Part shown: positions 55,032 to 62,674 of the stretch, piece by piece
Layout of the letters: every line of letters begins with the position of its first letter
Numbering within the stretch: position 1 is the stretch's first letter
From: a virus
Taxonomy: Duplodnaviria; Caudoviricetes
Length of the DNA stretch: 62,674 nucleotides
Direction: 5' to 3' (one strand)
IMG/VR virus record: IMGVR_UViG_3300006802_000103
Span: 1 to 62,674 of that record
The notes under the pieces: generated by a model
Told to the model about the DNA's origin: nothing
Databases searched by the model: none
What the model saw: only the letters and a program-made list of their open reading frames with translations
Translations under genes and position numbers: made by a program

Positions 55032-55525
55032 TTGCTTAGTGTATTCTCCAGCCACTCTTTTCTTGCACGCGCCATTTCTGGTGCTCCGGAGTCGGTTATT
55101 TCCGCAGGAGAGGGGATTCGGTCAGCACGCCAGCTACCTAAGCAAACACTTGACCTAATAGGCTCTCCGTCGGCAGTCAGAATCCACATTTGTTCCCCCC
55201 GCGACCCTTTTTTGACGATAACAACTCTCGCGCGATACACCCCCTCGGGGTCATCCATGCAAGGCACAATCGGCGCGTAGGTGCAATTTTCAAACACATC
55301 CGTCCTTCGGAAATTGTGTGAGTGAATAATGGTTTCCTCAGAAACCCAAATTATTTTAGGAAACTTAGCCTCCCACCGGAGTTTTTCGACGAAGGCACAG
55401 TTATAGGTGTGTTCTTCGATTGTGGATGCGCTGTAGTTCCATCTGGGCAGGGAGCGCTGCGTGGTTGCTGCGGCGGGTAGGAGAGAGCAGCCGAAAGCCG
55501 CTCGTAGGAAATTTCTTCGAAGCAT
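55010..55525 (-). CDS. Tat-signal protein inserted between portal and scaffold, with its own promoter
   Basis: MLRRNFLRAAFGCSLLPAAA; TTGACA-18-TATACT 6 nt upstream of the ATG. Confidence 0.65.
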   Translation of the reverse strand: MLRRNFLRAAFGCSLLPAAATTQRSLPRWNYSASTIEEHTYNCAFVEKLRWEAKFPKIIWVSEETIIHSHNFRRTDVFENCTYAPIVPCMDDPEGVYRARVVIVKKGSRGEQMWILTADGEPIRSSVCLGSWRADRIPSPAEITDSGAPEMARARKEWLENTLSKWLNHAK

Positions 55526-55562
55526 ACCTGGAGTATACCCCGGCCACGCCGGGTCTGTCAAG

Positions 55563-57827
55563 TTAGGCCGGTCGCGGCTTCTTCTCCGCCTTCTTCGGCC
55601 CCGCTTCGCCACCCGGTTTCGCCCCGGCTTTGGCTGCGGACATTTTCTTCATCTGTTCGAGTTTGACGGAGTGTTCGGCTTCCGAGTGCTCACGGGAGAT
55701 TTGGGCATCCAGTTCGGCGTTATATCGGTTCAACTCCGAATCCTGTGCGGCGGAGGTCATTTTGAACTGATGCTCCTGCTGCTGGCCCGCGAGCTTCATA
55801 GCGTTCGCCTGCGCGTCGGATTGCATCTTCATCTGCGCCTTCTGTTGTTCGAGTTGTATCCGCATCGCTTCCGACTGAATCTTCATCTCGGCAAGCTGCT
55901 GCTCGACTTGCAGTTTCATCTGCTCCAGTTCCATCTGCATCTGGTGCTTTTCCTGCTCCATCTGCATCTTGGCGGCTTCGGCGTACTGCTGCGACTCGTC
56001 CGGCTGCTTTTTGATGATCTCTTTCTGTATATCCGACTGCGCCTTCATCTGCCCCATTTGCAGCCGGACTTGGTTGGAGCGGTCAGCCATCTGCATCTGC
56101 TGCTGCTTCTCCTGTTGCGCGGCTTGGATCTCCTGCGGGGACATCTGGCGGTAGAGGGGGTATTGTTCGGAGGTCCCGGTGGCGTCCTGGAGGAGCCGGG
56201 TGATGGAATCGGTGTCGAGGGTGATGTTTGTGGAGTTTAGATTGCCGAGGAGCGGGCCGGACATTCCGTATTGGAAGACGAGGGGAAGGGCGGCTTGCAA
56301 CTGTTCCCTCCGGAGCATTCTGGAGGCCGCGACGATTCGGAAGCTGACTTCATTCAGGAAGACCGCGCCGGAAACCTTCCGCGCCGGGGCCGACATGGAT
56401 GAACGTGCGTTAACCATGTCCGTCGGCTGGAGGTGGTAGCGGTTGATCTTGGTCATCCCGTAGAGCATGGGGATGATGAGGTAGTCTTCGATGTTGGCGA
56501 TGATTTGGAAGAGACGGAGGGATGCGCCGGAGACTTGCGCGTTTACCCCAGTCGCAGTTCGGGACTGATTCGTGGAGCGTGGAATGCCGGATCCGCTTAT
56601 TCCAGTGAGCCTCTCCGCCGACTGATCGATGTAGGCGAGTTCGGAGTAGACGTTCGCAGTGACATCCTGGGGAGCGAGGGAGAGGATGTCTTCCTTCGGG
56701 TTCTGGACTTGATACGTCTGCCCCGGTGCCCAACGCTGCTGTGCGGGGGTTAGGAGCATTCCGTGGGAGGTTGCGCGCGGCGGGTTTAGGGTGAGGTTTA
56801 CGTTGTCCAGACGGGCGTTGAAGAGGGCTTCCTTATACCGCTGGTAGGAATCCTGCTCGTCCGCGACACCCCTGGCGTAGAAGCGACCGGGGACCTCATA
56901 ACAGGGAGCGAAGAAGTAGGGGATGAAACCGTAAGGGTTCCGCTCGTTATACATCACCCAGGAGCGGCCCAGGACCCAGATGATGCGGTTGGCGGAGTGG
57001 TAGATGAGGACTTCAATCTTTCGGTCGGCGGGGTTGGGTTGGAAATCGGACGAGCCGGGGGCGTAGAACATTCCGCGCGTGGCTTCGGAGTACTGCATCG
57101 TCATATCCCCCGCAGTGTAGGGGTTCATCCCGGCGAGGGCATATAGCTGTTCGTCCGAGGGAACGTCCATTCCCTGTGTGCCCCGGTAGGAGCGGATTTC
57201 GGCCAGCGGGAGGGAGAGTTTCCGGATGACGGAGGTCGAGGAGGAGATGTCCGGGGACGGCGTGCCGGGGTCGATGTAGATGTCGCGGATGTCGACGAAT
57301 TCAGGGACAGTGCGTTGCTTCTCTGCGTCCCAGCGGACGGTCACCCCGCCGTTGCCGTGTTGGAGGATTTGTTTGATCGCGGTTACAACTTCCGGTCTGG
57401 CCGAACCGCGAAAGTCCCCCCGCGCGTGCTCGAAGTCGTAGAAGAGTTTGTCCCGCACTGCTTGGACATCTTCCGGCTTTCCATCCTCCTCCCCGATGAC
57501 CTGAAACCAGTCGTCGGAGGGGAAGATCGCAGTCACCAGGGAGGGAAGCGCGGTTTCCACCTGTTCAAAGACTAGGGGGAAAGGGAGAGAGGAACGCGGA
57601 ACCGTAGTCCCCGGCCAAGTCCTCTGAGCCATCGCGCCGAAGTATAAAGCGTCATGATTCTTCAACTTCGGGTCCACATTGGACATTCGCCAAGTTTCCC
57701 ACGCGGACATGGACTTCGTTACCAGGGAGAGAGCGGTCTCCGCCGTTAGGCTCGAATCCGGCTTGATTAACGGCGCACTATCCAGGTCGGTCTGTTGGAG
57801 ACTCGGAACTTGTTCAATATTCGGCAT
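55563..57827 (-). CDS. Portal protein (podovirus type) with Q/M-rich coiled-coil tail
   Basis: RS..P...EQVET, DIYIDP, NPYG.IP, FY..G, RLDN..L..NPP, TATG. Confidence 0.9.
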   Translation of the reverse strand: MPNIEQVPSLQQTDLDSAPLIKPDSSLTAETALSLVTKSMSAWETWRMSNVDPKLKNHDALYFGAMAQRTWPGTTVPRSSLPFPLVFEQVETALPSLVTAIFPSDDWFQVIGEEDGKPEDVQAVRDKLFYDFEHARGDFRGSARPEVVTAIKQILQHGNGGVTVRWDAEKQRTVPEFVDIRDIYIDPGTPSPDISSSTSVIRKLSLPLAEIRSYRGTQGMDVPSDEQLYALAGMNPYTAGDMTMQYSEATRGMFYAPGSSDFQPNPADRKIEVLIYHSANRIIWVLGRSWVMYNERNPYGFIPYFFAPCYEVPGRFYARGVADEQDSYQRYKEALFNARLDNVNLTLNPPRATSHGMLLTPAQQRWAPGQTYQVQNPKEDILSLAPQDVTANVYSELAYIDQSAERLTGISGSGIPRSTNQSRTATGVNAQVSGASLRLFQIIANIEDYLIIPMLYGMTKINRYHLQPTDMVNARSSMSAPARKVSGAVFLNEVSFRIVAASRMLRREQLQAALPLVFQYGMSGPLLGNLNSTNITLDTDSITRLLQDATGTSEQYPLYRQMSPQEIQAAQQEKQQQMQMADRSNQVRLQMGQMKAQSDIQKEIIKKQPDESQQYAEAAKMQMEQEKHQMQMELEQMKLQVEQQLAEMKIQSEAMRIQLEQQKAQMKMQSDAQANAMKLAGQQQEHQFKMTSAAQDSELNRYNAELDAQISREHSEAEHSVKLEQMKKMSAAKAGAKPGGEAGPKKAEKKPRPA

Positions 57828-58040
57828 TTATTCCTTATCCAAGTCCACACCGATCTTTTTCTGAAAGGAGACGTTGGTGAGCAGAAGGTAGACATCTTTC
57901 GCGGCCCCGATGAGCATGAGAGCGCCGATTTTCTTCCAATCCGTGAGGAGTTCCGGCGCGACGACACTGAAGATGAAAGCACCCAAGGCACCCGAGAGGG
58001 CGACGTAGAAGGTGGTTTCTCCAAACTTGGTCCAGTTCAT
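57828..58040 (-). CDS. Holin-like two-TM protein
   Basis: 70 aa, two TM helices, charged C-terminus. Confidence 0.55.
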   Translation of the reverse strand: MNWTKFGETTFYVALSGALGAFIFSVVAPELLTDWKKIGALMLIGAAKDVYLLLTNVSFQKKIGVDLDKE

Positions 58041-58067
58041 GCGGGTTTCCTCTTCTCTATTCTACGA

Positions 58068-59861
58068 TTAGAGACCTCCGGTCAGGGGGTGGTTGGTGTC
58101 ATAAGCAGGCCCGCCTGCCCCTTCCCCAAACTCCCCGCTGAGACCAAGAGCGTGCTCGAAAGACTTCTGCCGCCGGAGGGTTTCTTTGTCGTAATTGACG
58201 GGGAGTTCGAAGGGGCGGGTCTCGGGTCTCTGTTGCAACCGACCTAACCACTCCTTGTCCTTGTAGAAAGCCGCGAGGGTGTCGAGGATGTCGTCGGTGG
58301 GCGGGAAGGGGGCTTTCTTCAATTCCTCTAAAAGTGCCTCCTTCTCCTTCAAGTCGTCCAGGAAGATGATCTGGCCTGTCTTGTAAGGCATCTGGAGGGT
58401 ATTCGTGATATTCTCCGCTTTCGACTTCTGGTTGTTGATCTTGAAAGGCTGGATGTCCATGTACAGCCCCCGCTGGTCGAGGTACTGCTTCAGCCCGTAC
58501 ATAAGGCCCCGGACGTAGCCGGTTTCTTCAATCCGCACCCGCACATACCCATTCTTCGAAAGCGCCTTCGTCTGCAACCAAACCGCTACGAGGTTGGCGA
58601 TGAGTTCCGCCGCGAGCCATTTTCCCCGCTTAATCTCCGCGATGTACAAACGCCCCGCTTGGTCCCAGGCACCCACGGTGATTACGGAGTAGTTGGACCG
58701 CAAATTGGTCGTTTCCGCCGTATCCACCGTAATCTCCCAGTGGGAAACCCACACATGGTCCCTGAAATCCTTCCGGGACTTCCACTTCGGCAAACTGTCG
58801 TTAATCGGGAAGACCGTCTGCCCACCAATCGCGCGGTTCGGGTAGTTGTACATCTGTGCGGAAGTGATGTAGGGGTTGAGGAGGTATCGGGACATAATCT
58901 CCTCCACCTTATGCCTCTCCGGCCAGATTGAGATGGGTAAACCGTTCTCATCGAGTAGATCCGGAAGCTCCACCTCATCCGGAGAGTACCGGCGCGGTTT
59001 CCCCCCGGTATCCTTCTCGAAAACCCCGCGCACGAAGATATTCCAGTCCCTTTTCTCCTCTGGAATGACCAACTGTCCCTTGATAATCTCCCCATAGGCG
59101 TCGGCGTCGTCATACCGGGTGCCTTCGACATCGGCCCAGTGGGAACCGGACACCAAAAGGTTCAAGGAGAGTGCGAATTTGTCGAAAATCGACTTACAGG
59201 AGATCGCATTCAGAGAATTCGTCTCGTCCACGATGTCCGAGTACTTAATGAGGTCGAAGTGGGACCCCGCGAGACCCTTTTCGATGGACGCGGCTCGCAC
59301 GGTCGGCTCTCTTCGGGTACAAGCGAGGCCTCTTGCTTCAGTTACGAACGATTCAGCCGTCCCCCAGTCATTCGCCTTCTTCAAAATCGGGCAGTGTTCG
59401 GGAAAGAGTTCGCGAAAGATCGGATTCCGGGTGAAGTGGTTCTTGATTTCCCTCGTGAAGTCAGAGGCTTTGTCTAGATTGGACTGGATTACCGCGATTG
59501 CGATGTCGGGGTAGTTTATGATCCACTGGATCGTGTGCGCGATGACGTTACATGAGGTCTTTAGGTTACCGCGCGGGTCCAAAAGGAGCATCCGGCGCTT
59601 TCCCTCAAGCTCCAACATCGGTCGGAGTGGTTTGTACACCCACTTCCCGTTGATGTACTGGTCGTTCTCGGTTAATTCTTTCTCCGTCGGCTTCGGAAAC
59701 TTCTGTAAATTCTTGATAAAAGGCCCGTGGACCTTCTCGTTGATGTCAGGATAGCTCAGGACGTTGTTACAGAACCAAATCAGATCAGTTCTGGCCTTCC
59801 ACCGTAGTAGCCGAAGCCGATCAATGTGACTCGAAGACAAACCGCCCGCGCGCTCAATCAT
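58068..59861 (-). CDS. terL: Terminase large subunit
   Basis: PRGNLKTS Walker A, G.HFD, EGTRY, ITVDTA, IEE, DDILDTLA. Confidence 0.9.
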   Translation of the reverse strand: MIERAGGLSSSHIDRLRLLRWKARTDLIWFCNNVLSYPDINEKVHGPFIKNLQKFPKPTEKELTENDQYINGKWVYKPLRPMLELEGKRRMLLLDPRGNLKTSCNVIAHTIQWIINYPDIAIAVIQSNLDKASDFTREIKNHFTRNPIFRELFPEHCPILKKANDWGTAESFVTEARGLACTRREPTVRAASIEKGLAGSHFDLIKYSDIVDETNSLNAISCKSIFDKFALSLNLLVSGSHWADVEGTRYDDADAYGEIIKGQLVIPEEKRDWNIFVRGVFEKDTGGKPRRYSPDEVELPDLLDENGLPISIWPERHKVEEIMSRYLLNPYITSAQMYNYPNRAIGGQTVFPINDSLPKWKSRKDFRDHVWVSHWEITVDTAETTNLRSNYSVITVGAWDQAGRLYIAEIKRGKWLAAELIANLVAVWLQTKALSKNGYVRVRIEETGYVRGLMYGLKQYLDQRGLYMDIQPFKINNQKSKAENITNTLQMPYKTGQIIFLDDLKEKEALLEELKKAPFPPTDDILDTLAAFYKDKEWLGRLQQRPETRPFELPVNYDKETLRRQKSFEHALGLSGEFGEGAGGPAYDTNHPLTGGL

Positions 59862-60336
59862 CTTTTCTCCAAACTATGTCAATTTCGTGCCAAACTGGAA
59901 AGAATTTGACATCTGATCTCAGTTTAACCGGTCCCGCGTTCAAACTCATGACCCCCATGAAGCTGTAGAACGGTCCCAGGAGCCTCCGGAAGTGGTGGAC
60001 CGACTCCCAATCGCCTTTAGACGGCACCGGTTCGGCGTAGTTGACCGCTTTCAGCGGCGCGCAGTGGGTGTGGATGTCGCCTAGGGGTCGGAGACCGGCG
60101 GATTTTGCCTCCCTGGCGACCTTCTGTAGCCACATATTCGGAATAGTGACCTTCCACTGGGAGGCGGAGGTCAATTCAAATGGGCAGATCACCAGTTTTT
60201 CCACCTCCAGGATTTGATTCTCGACCATCTCACCCAAGAACACACCGTAGATTTCGTGGGGAAAGCGCTTTTTGGCCTCGGAGCGGAACATCTTGAGCCA
60301 CTTCGGGTCGCAGTGGATGGAGAAGAGGCCGTTCAT
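59854..60336 (-). CDS. JAB/MPN (Mov34) metalloprotease
   Basis: PHEIYGVFLG; GDIHTH..PS.GD (complete JAMM motif). Confidence 0.8.
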   Translation of the reverse strand: MNGLFSIHCDPKWLKMFRSEAKKRFPHEIYGVFLGEMVENQILEVEKLVICPFELTSASQWKVTIPNMWLQKVAREAKSAGLRPLGDIHTHCAPLKAVNYAEPVPSKGDWESVHHFRRLLGPFYSFMGVMSLNAGPVKLRSDVKFFPVWHEIDIVWRKDD

Positions 60337-60345
60337 GGGCCTATT

Positions 60346-60801
60346 TTAGCTTCTGACGGAACTCCTCTGCGGGTCCGATCCCAGATTCAGAGCCGCATCC
60401 GGCTTTTCCAGATCGGTAATCTGCCCGCCGGGGCTTAGGGAGTAGTAGTAGGCGCGCGGGTAGAGGTCGCCGCTGAACTCCCCATCCCTCGGCCCGGGGA
60501 ACCAGGGTGGAATCGGGAGCGGCCAGAGAAAGGCGAACGGATAATCCGCAGTTCGGAGAGTTGGATGCCCGAGCGGAGTCGCGGGAGGGAATGGGTTGAA
60601 GTCGAAACCGAACGGCGGGGGGTTGCCGGTTGAGATCGAAGGGGTGACGAAGAAGGTCCGGATGAGTGCCGGGTTGACTTTTCGGTATGGGTAGGGATTT
60701 TCGAGCGGGGGTTGCCACCAAGCGGGACTCGGCGGGGGGTTGCTGACTTCCAGATTGGTGAAAGCGATTGCCGGGTATTGGTAGCGGCGGATGTAGATCA
60801 T
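60346..60801 (-). CDS. Pro-rich late protein
   Basis: Pro/Phe-rich 151 aa in the late operon. Confidence 0.55.
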   Translation of the reverse strand: MIYIRRYQYPAIAFTNLEVSNPPPSPAWWQPPLENPYPYRKVNPALIRTFFVTPSISTGNPPPFGFDFNPFPPATPLGHPTLRTADYPFAFLWPLPIPPWFPGPRDGEFSGDLYPRAYYYSLSPGGQITDLEKPDAALNLGSDPQRSSVRS

Positions 60802-60809
60802 TGGCTACT

Positions 60810-61652
60810 TCACTTCGCGAGTCCGTAGCAGCGGATTGTACCGCTGGCGATGTTGCCGCTCGAAAACAGGAAGCGAAATGCGTTGACGGCGGTTGCCGCT
60901 TCGTAAGCGCCCGACACGATTACCGCTGATCGGATATCGCCATTAACAAACCCGCGCAAAGACCCCAAGACTTGTTTGTATATCGAACCGCCTGGGTTAC
61001 GTAGAGTTATGTTACCGTCAACGCCCCAGTTTGAGTTATTGTCCCAATTTACCCCACCGATTAGCTTTATCGATGTCTGGGCTGTTCCAGAAATAACACC
61101 GGTTCCGCCAGCGCTATATCCGAAATTCATGTGTGAGTAGCTACCCGTACTCACATACGTACTACCGCCGTCGGTCGAAACGCGGAAGTTTAACTCAACA
61201 TTGTCGGTAGCCGGGATCAGTTGGATTATTTCAATCAGGTAATCGTCGTGCGCTGTGGTGATACAGGTCGTAAAATCCAGCGAAGACGACGCGGAAGCTG
61301 TGTGGGATTCTAGCAGGACTAAGCCTCCCGCCACACGAATATCCTCGCGTAGTTGAACAAGTGCGTCATACGTCAGCGCCCACCGCAAGGTTTCACCGGA
61401 ACTAATATTCCCATCGCCAGAACCCTCTCCGGAGACAGCAACTACGGTCAGGGTGTCCGTCGACCGCGCGGTAACTTTGAACAGCCGGATAGTGCCGGAG
61501 CCGTTGTTGTATGCGAGCCAGAAGTCTCCGGAGGAGGGGAGGTAGGCTCCGTTTCCGGCGGTGAGTGCCATCGTACCCGAACCGGAGGTGTACCCAGAGG
61601 CGAGAGTGACCGTCTGGAGGGTGGAGGATTGGATGTATTTGAGGGATGCCAT
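60810..61652 (-). CDS. Fibre-like virion protein (paralogue of 61656..62507)
   Basis: GLVLL..HTAS.S.SL.F..Y..Y, STDGG, GNIASGT.R.YG. Confidence 0.7.
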   Translation of the reverse strand: MASLKYIQSSTLQTVTLASGYTSGSGTMALTAGNGAYLPSSGDFWLAYNNGSGTIRLFKVTARSTDTLTVVAVSGEGSGDGNISSGETLRWALTYDALVQLREDIRVAGGLVLLESHTASASSSLDFTTCITTAHDDYLIEIIQLIPATDNVELNFRVSTDGGSTYVSTGSYSHMNFGYSAGGTGVISGTAQTSIKLIGGVNWDNNSNWGVDGNITLRNPGGSIYKQVLGSLRGFVNGDIRSAVIVSGAYEAATAVNAFRFLFSSGNIASGTIRCYGLAK

Positions 61653-61655
61653 TAG

Positions 61656-62507
61656 TTAGCTCTTAGCGATTCCGTAGACACGCACGGTCCCGCTGGCAAT
61701 GTTACCCGTGGAGGCGATAATCTGAAAGGCATTGATCGCGGTCGTTGCGCCGTTGTAGTATCCGGTGAAATTGTACATCGCATAAGCCCCGGCTGCCGAG
61801 TATTCCGTATTCTTTCCTTCGATTGTTTTCTTATCCGAACTTCCCAGAGGATTGTGGAAGTAGAAGTTCAGAGTCGTGGGTGGTTCTGTTGCGGTGCTTT
61901 CTTGACCATTACCACTAAGACGCACACTTGTGTCTGTCGTGGAGGAGGCCCGATTCGTTCCCGCCGTATCAACAAACCAGTAGAGCCATGTGTAGCTTCC
62001 TGTCGAGATATAGGAAGAACCGCCGTCAGTGGAAACGCGAAGCCTGAAAAGAGCGCCATCTGTAGCTGGCCGTAGATCAGATGAGGTGATCCAGTAGGTG
62101 TCGTAGCTGCTGGTGATACAAGTTGTGAAGTTGAGGGACGCCGAGGAACTAGCTGTGTGTTGTTCCAGCAGGACGAGTCCCCCCTGGGCGACAATATCCG
62201 CCTTCAGTTGTGTCAAACCCGCACACGTCAACGCCCACCTCAACGTAACCCCGCTCGACAAATTCGCATCCCCCGAACCCTCAGTCGCATCCGCAGTGAT
62301 TGTAAGAGTATCCGTACTCCTTGCAGTCACCTTGAAGATCCGCACAATCCCCGCGTTGTCATCATACGCAAGCCAGAAATCCCCCGTGGATGGAAGCCGC
62401 GCCCCATGCCCCGCCGTCAAACTCATCGTCCCCGACGCAGCGGTATAGTTACTCCCCAAAGTCACCGTCTGGAGGTAGGCGTTCGCTTCGTATTTCAGAG
62501 ATGCCAT
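61656..62507 (-). CDS. Fibre-like virion protein (paralogue of 60810..61652)
   Basis: Same architecture; MASLKY start. Confidence 0.7.
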   Translation of the reverse strand: MASLKYEANAYLQTVTLGSNYTAASGTMSLTAGHGARLPSTGDFWLAYDDNAGIVRIFKVTARSTDTLTITADATEGSGDANLSSGVTLRWALTCAGLTQLKADIVAQGGLVLLEQHTASSSASLNFTTCITSSYDTYWITSSDLRPATDGALFRLRVSTDGGSSYISTGSYTWLYWFVDTAGTNRASSTTDTSVRLSGNGQESTATEPPTTLNFYFHNPLGSSDKKTIEGKNTEYSAAGAYAMYNFTGYYNGATTAINAFQIIASTGNIASGTVRVYGIAKS

Positions 62508-62674
62508 TAGTATCCTTCCACTTCAATTATCGGTCGGGCGGGTTGGCTCATTGCGATGTACCACGTGGACATGTCGGGGACCGCGCCGCCGGGGGAGGCA
62601 GTTGTGGGGTCGACGTAGCCCAAAGCGGCGAGACCGAGGAGGACAAAGGCAAGTTGACTGGACGGCGACCACGA
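62507..62674 (-). CDS. Partial ORF truncated at the window edge
   Basis: Open frame ..SQLAFVLLG..PIIEVEGY* whose TAA overlaps the next ATG. Confidence 0.45.
   Translation of the reverse strand, partial: SWSPSSQLAFVLLGLAALGYVDPTTASPGGAVPDMSTWYIAMSQPARPIIEVEGY

Noticed and set aside
55700-56130. Repeat-like Q/M/E-rich stretch
   Set aside because: Ordinary coiled-coil C-terminus of podovirus portals, not a DNA repeat element.
1-62674. Prophage or integrative element
   Set aside because: No integrase, repressor-type immunity region or flanking host housekeeping genes recognised.

Overview
The whole window looks like a tailed dsDNA bacteriophage genome of podovirus-like architecture. It is probably near-complete and circularly permuted, because the minus-strand virion gene block runs off the left end and resumes at the right end. 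Minus strand 62674->35507 and 4677->1: morphogenesis and lysis (paralogous fibre-like proteins, JAB/MPN protease, terminase large subunit, holin, portal, scaffold, N4-gp56-like major capsid, M15 endolysin, tail adaptors and nozzle, three large ejection-type proteins). Plus strand ~7100->35529: early and replication genes (ClpB-D2-like ATPase, metallophosphoesterases, Cas4-like nuclease, Sak4-like ATPase, SSB, sigma factor, tRNA-Gly, UDG-like protein, family A DNA polymerase, Tad2-like proteins, HNH, Nmad1, AAA_25 helicase), interrupted by a minus-strand glycosyltransferase island. I see no integrase, primase, reverse transcriptase or CRISPR array. The most striking observation is a cassette just downstream of the major capsid gene: two consecutive small genes, each a twin-arginine (Tat) signal peptide fused to a successive fragment of the capsid protein, with two more Tat-signal genes nearby. 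Also notable: a circularly permuted Cas4/AddB-like nuclease, tandem-domain Tad2-like proteins, a TA(C/G)AATAG motif before about 13 late genes, widespread leaderless genes, a gene pair with conserved ends and a variable middle, and a structured non-coding region after the tRNA. All family calls come from motif recognition by eye; no searches were run.
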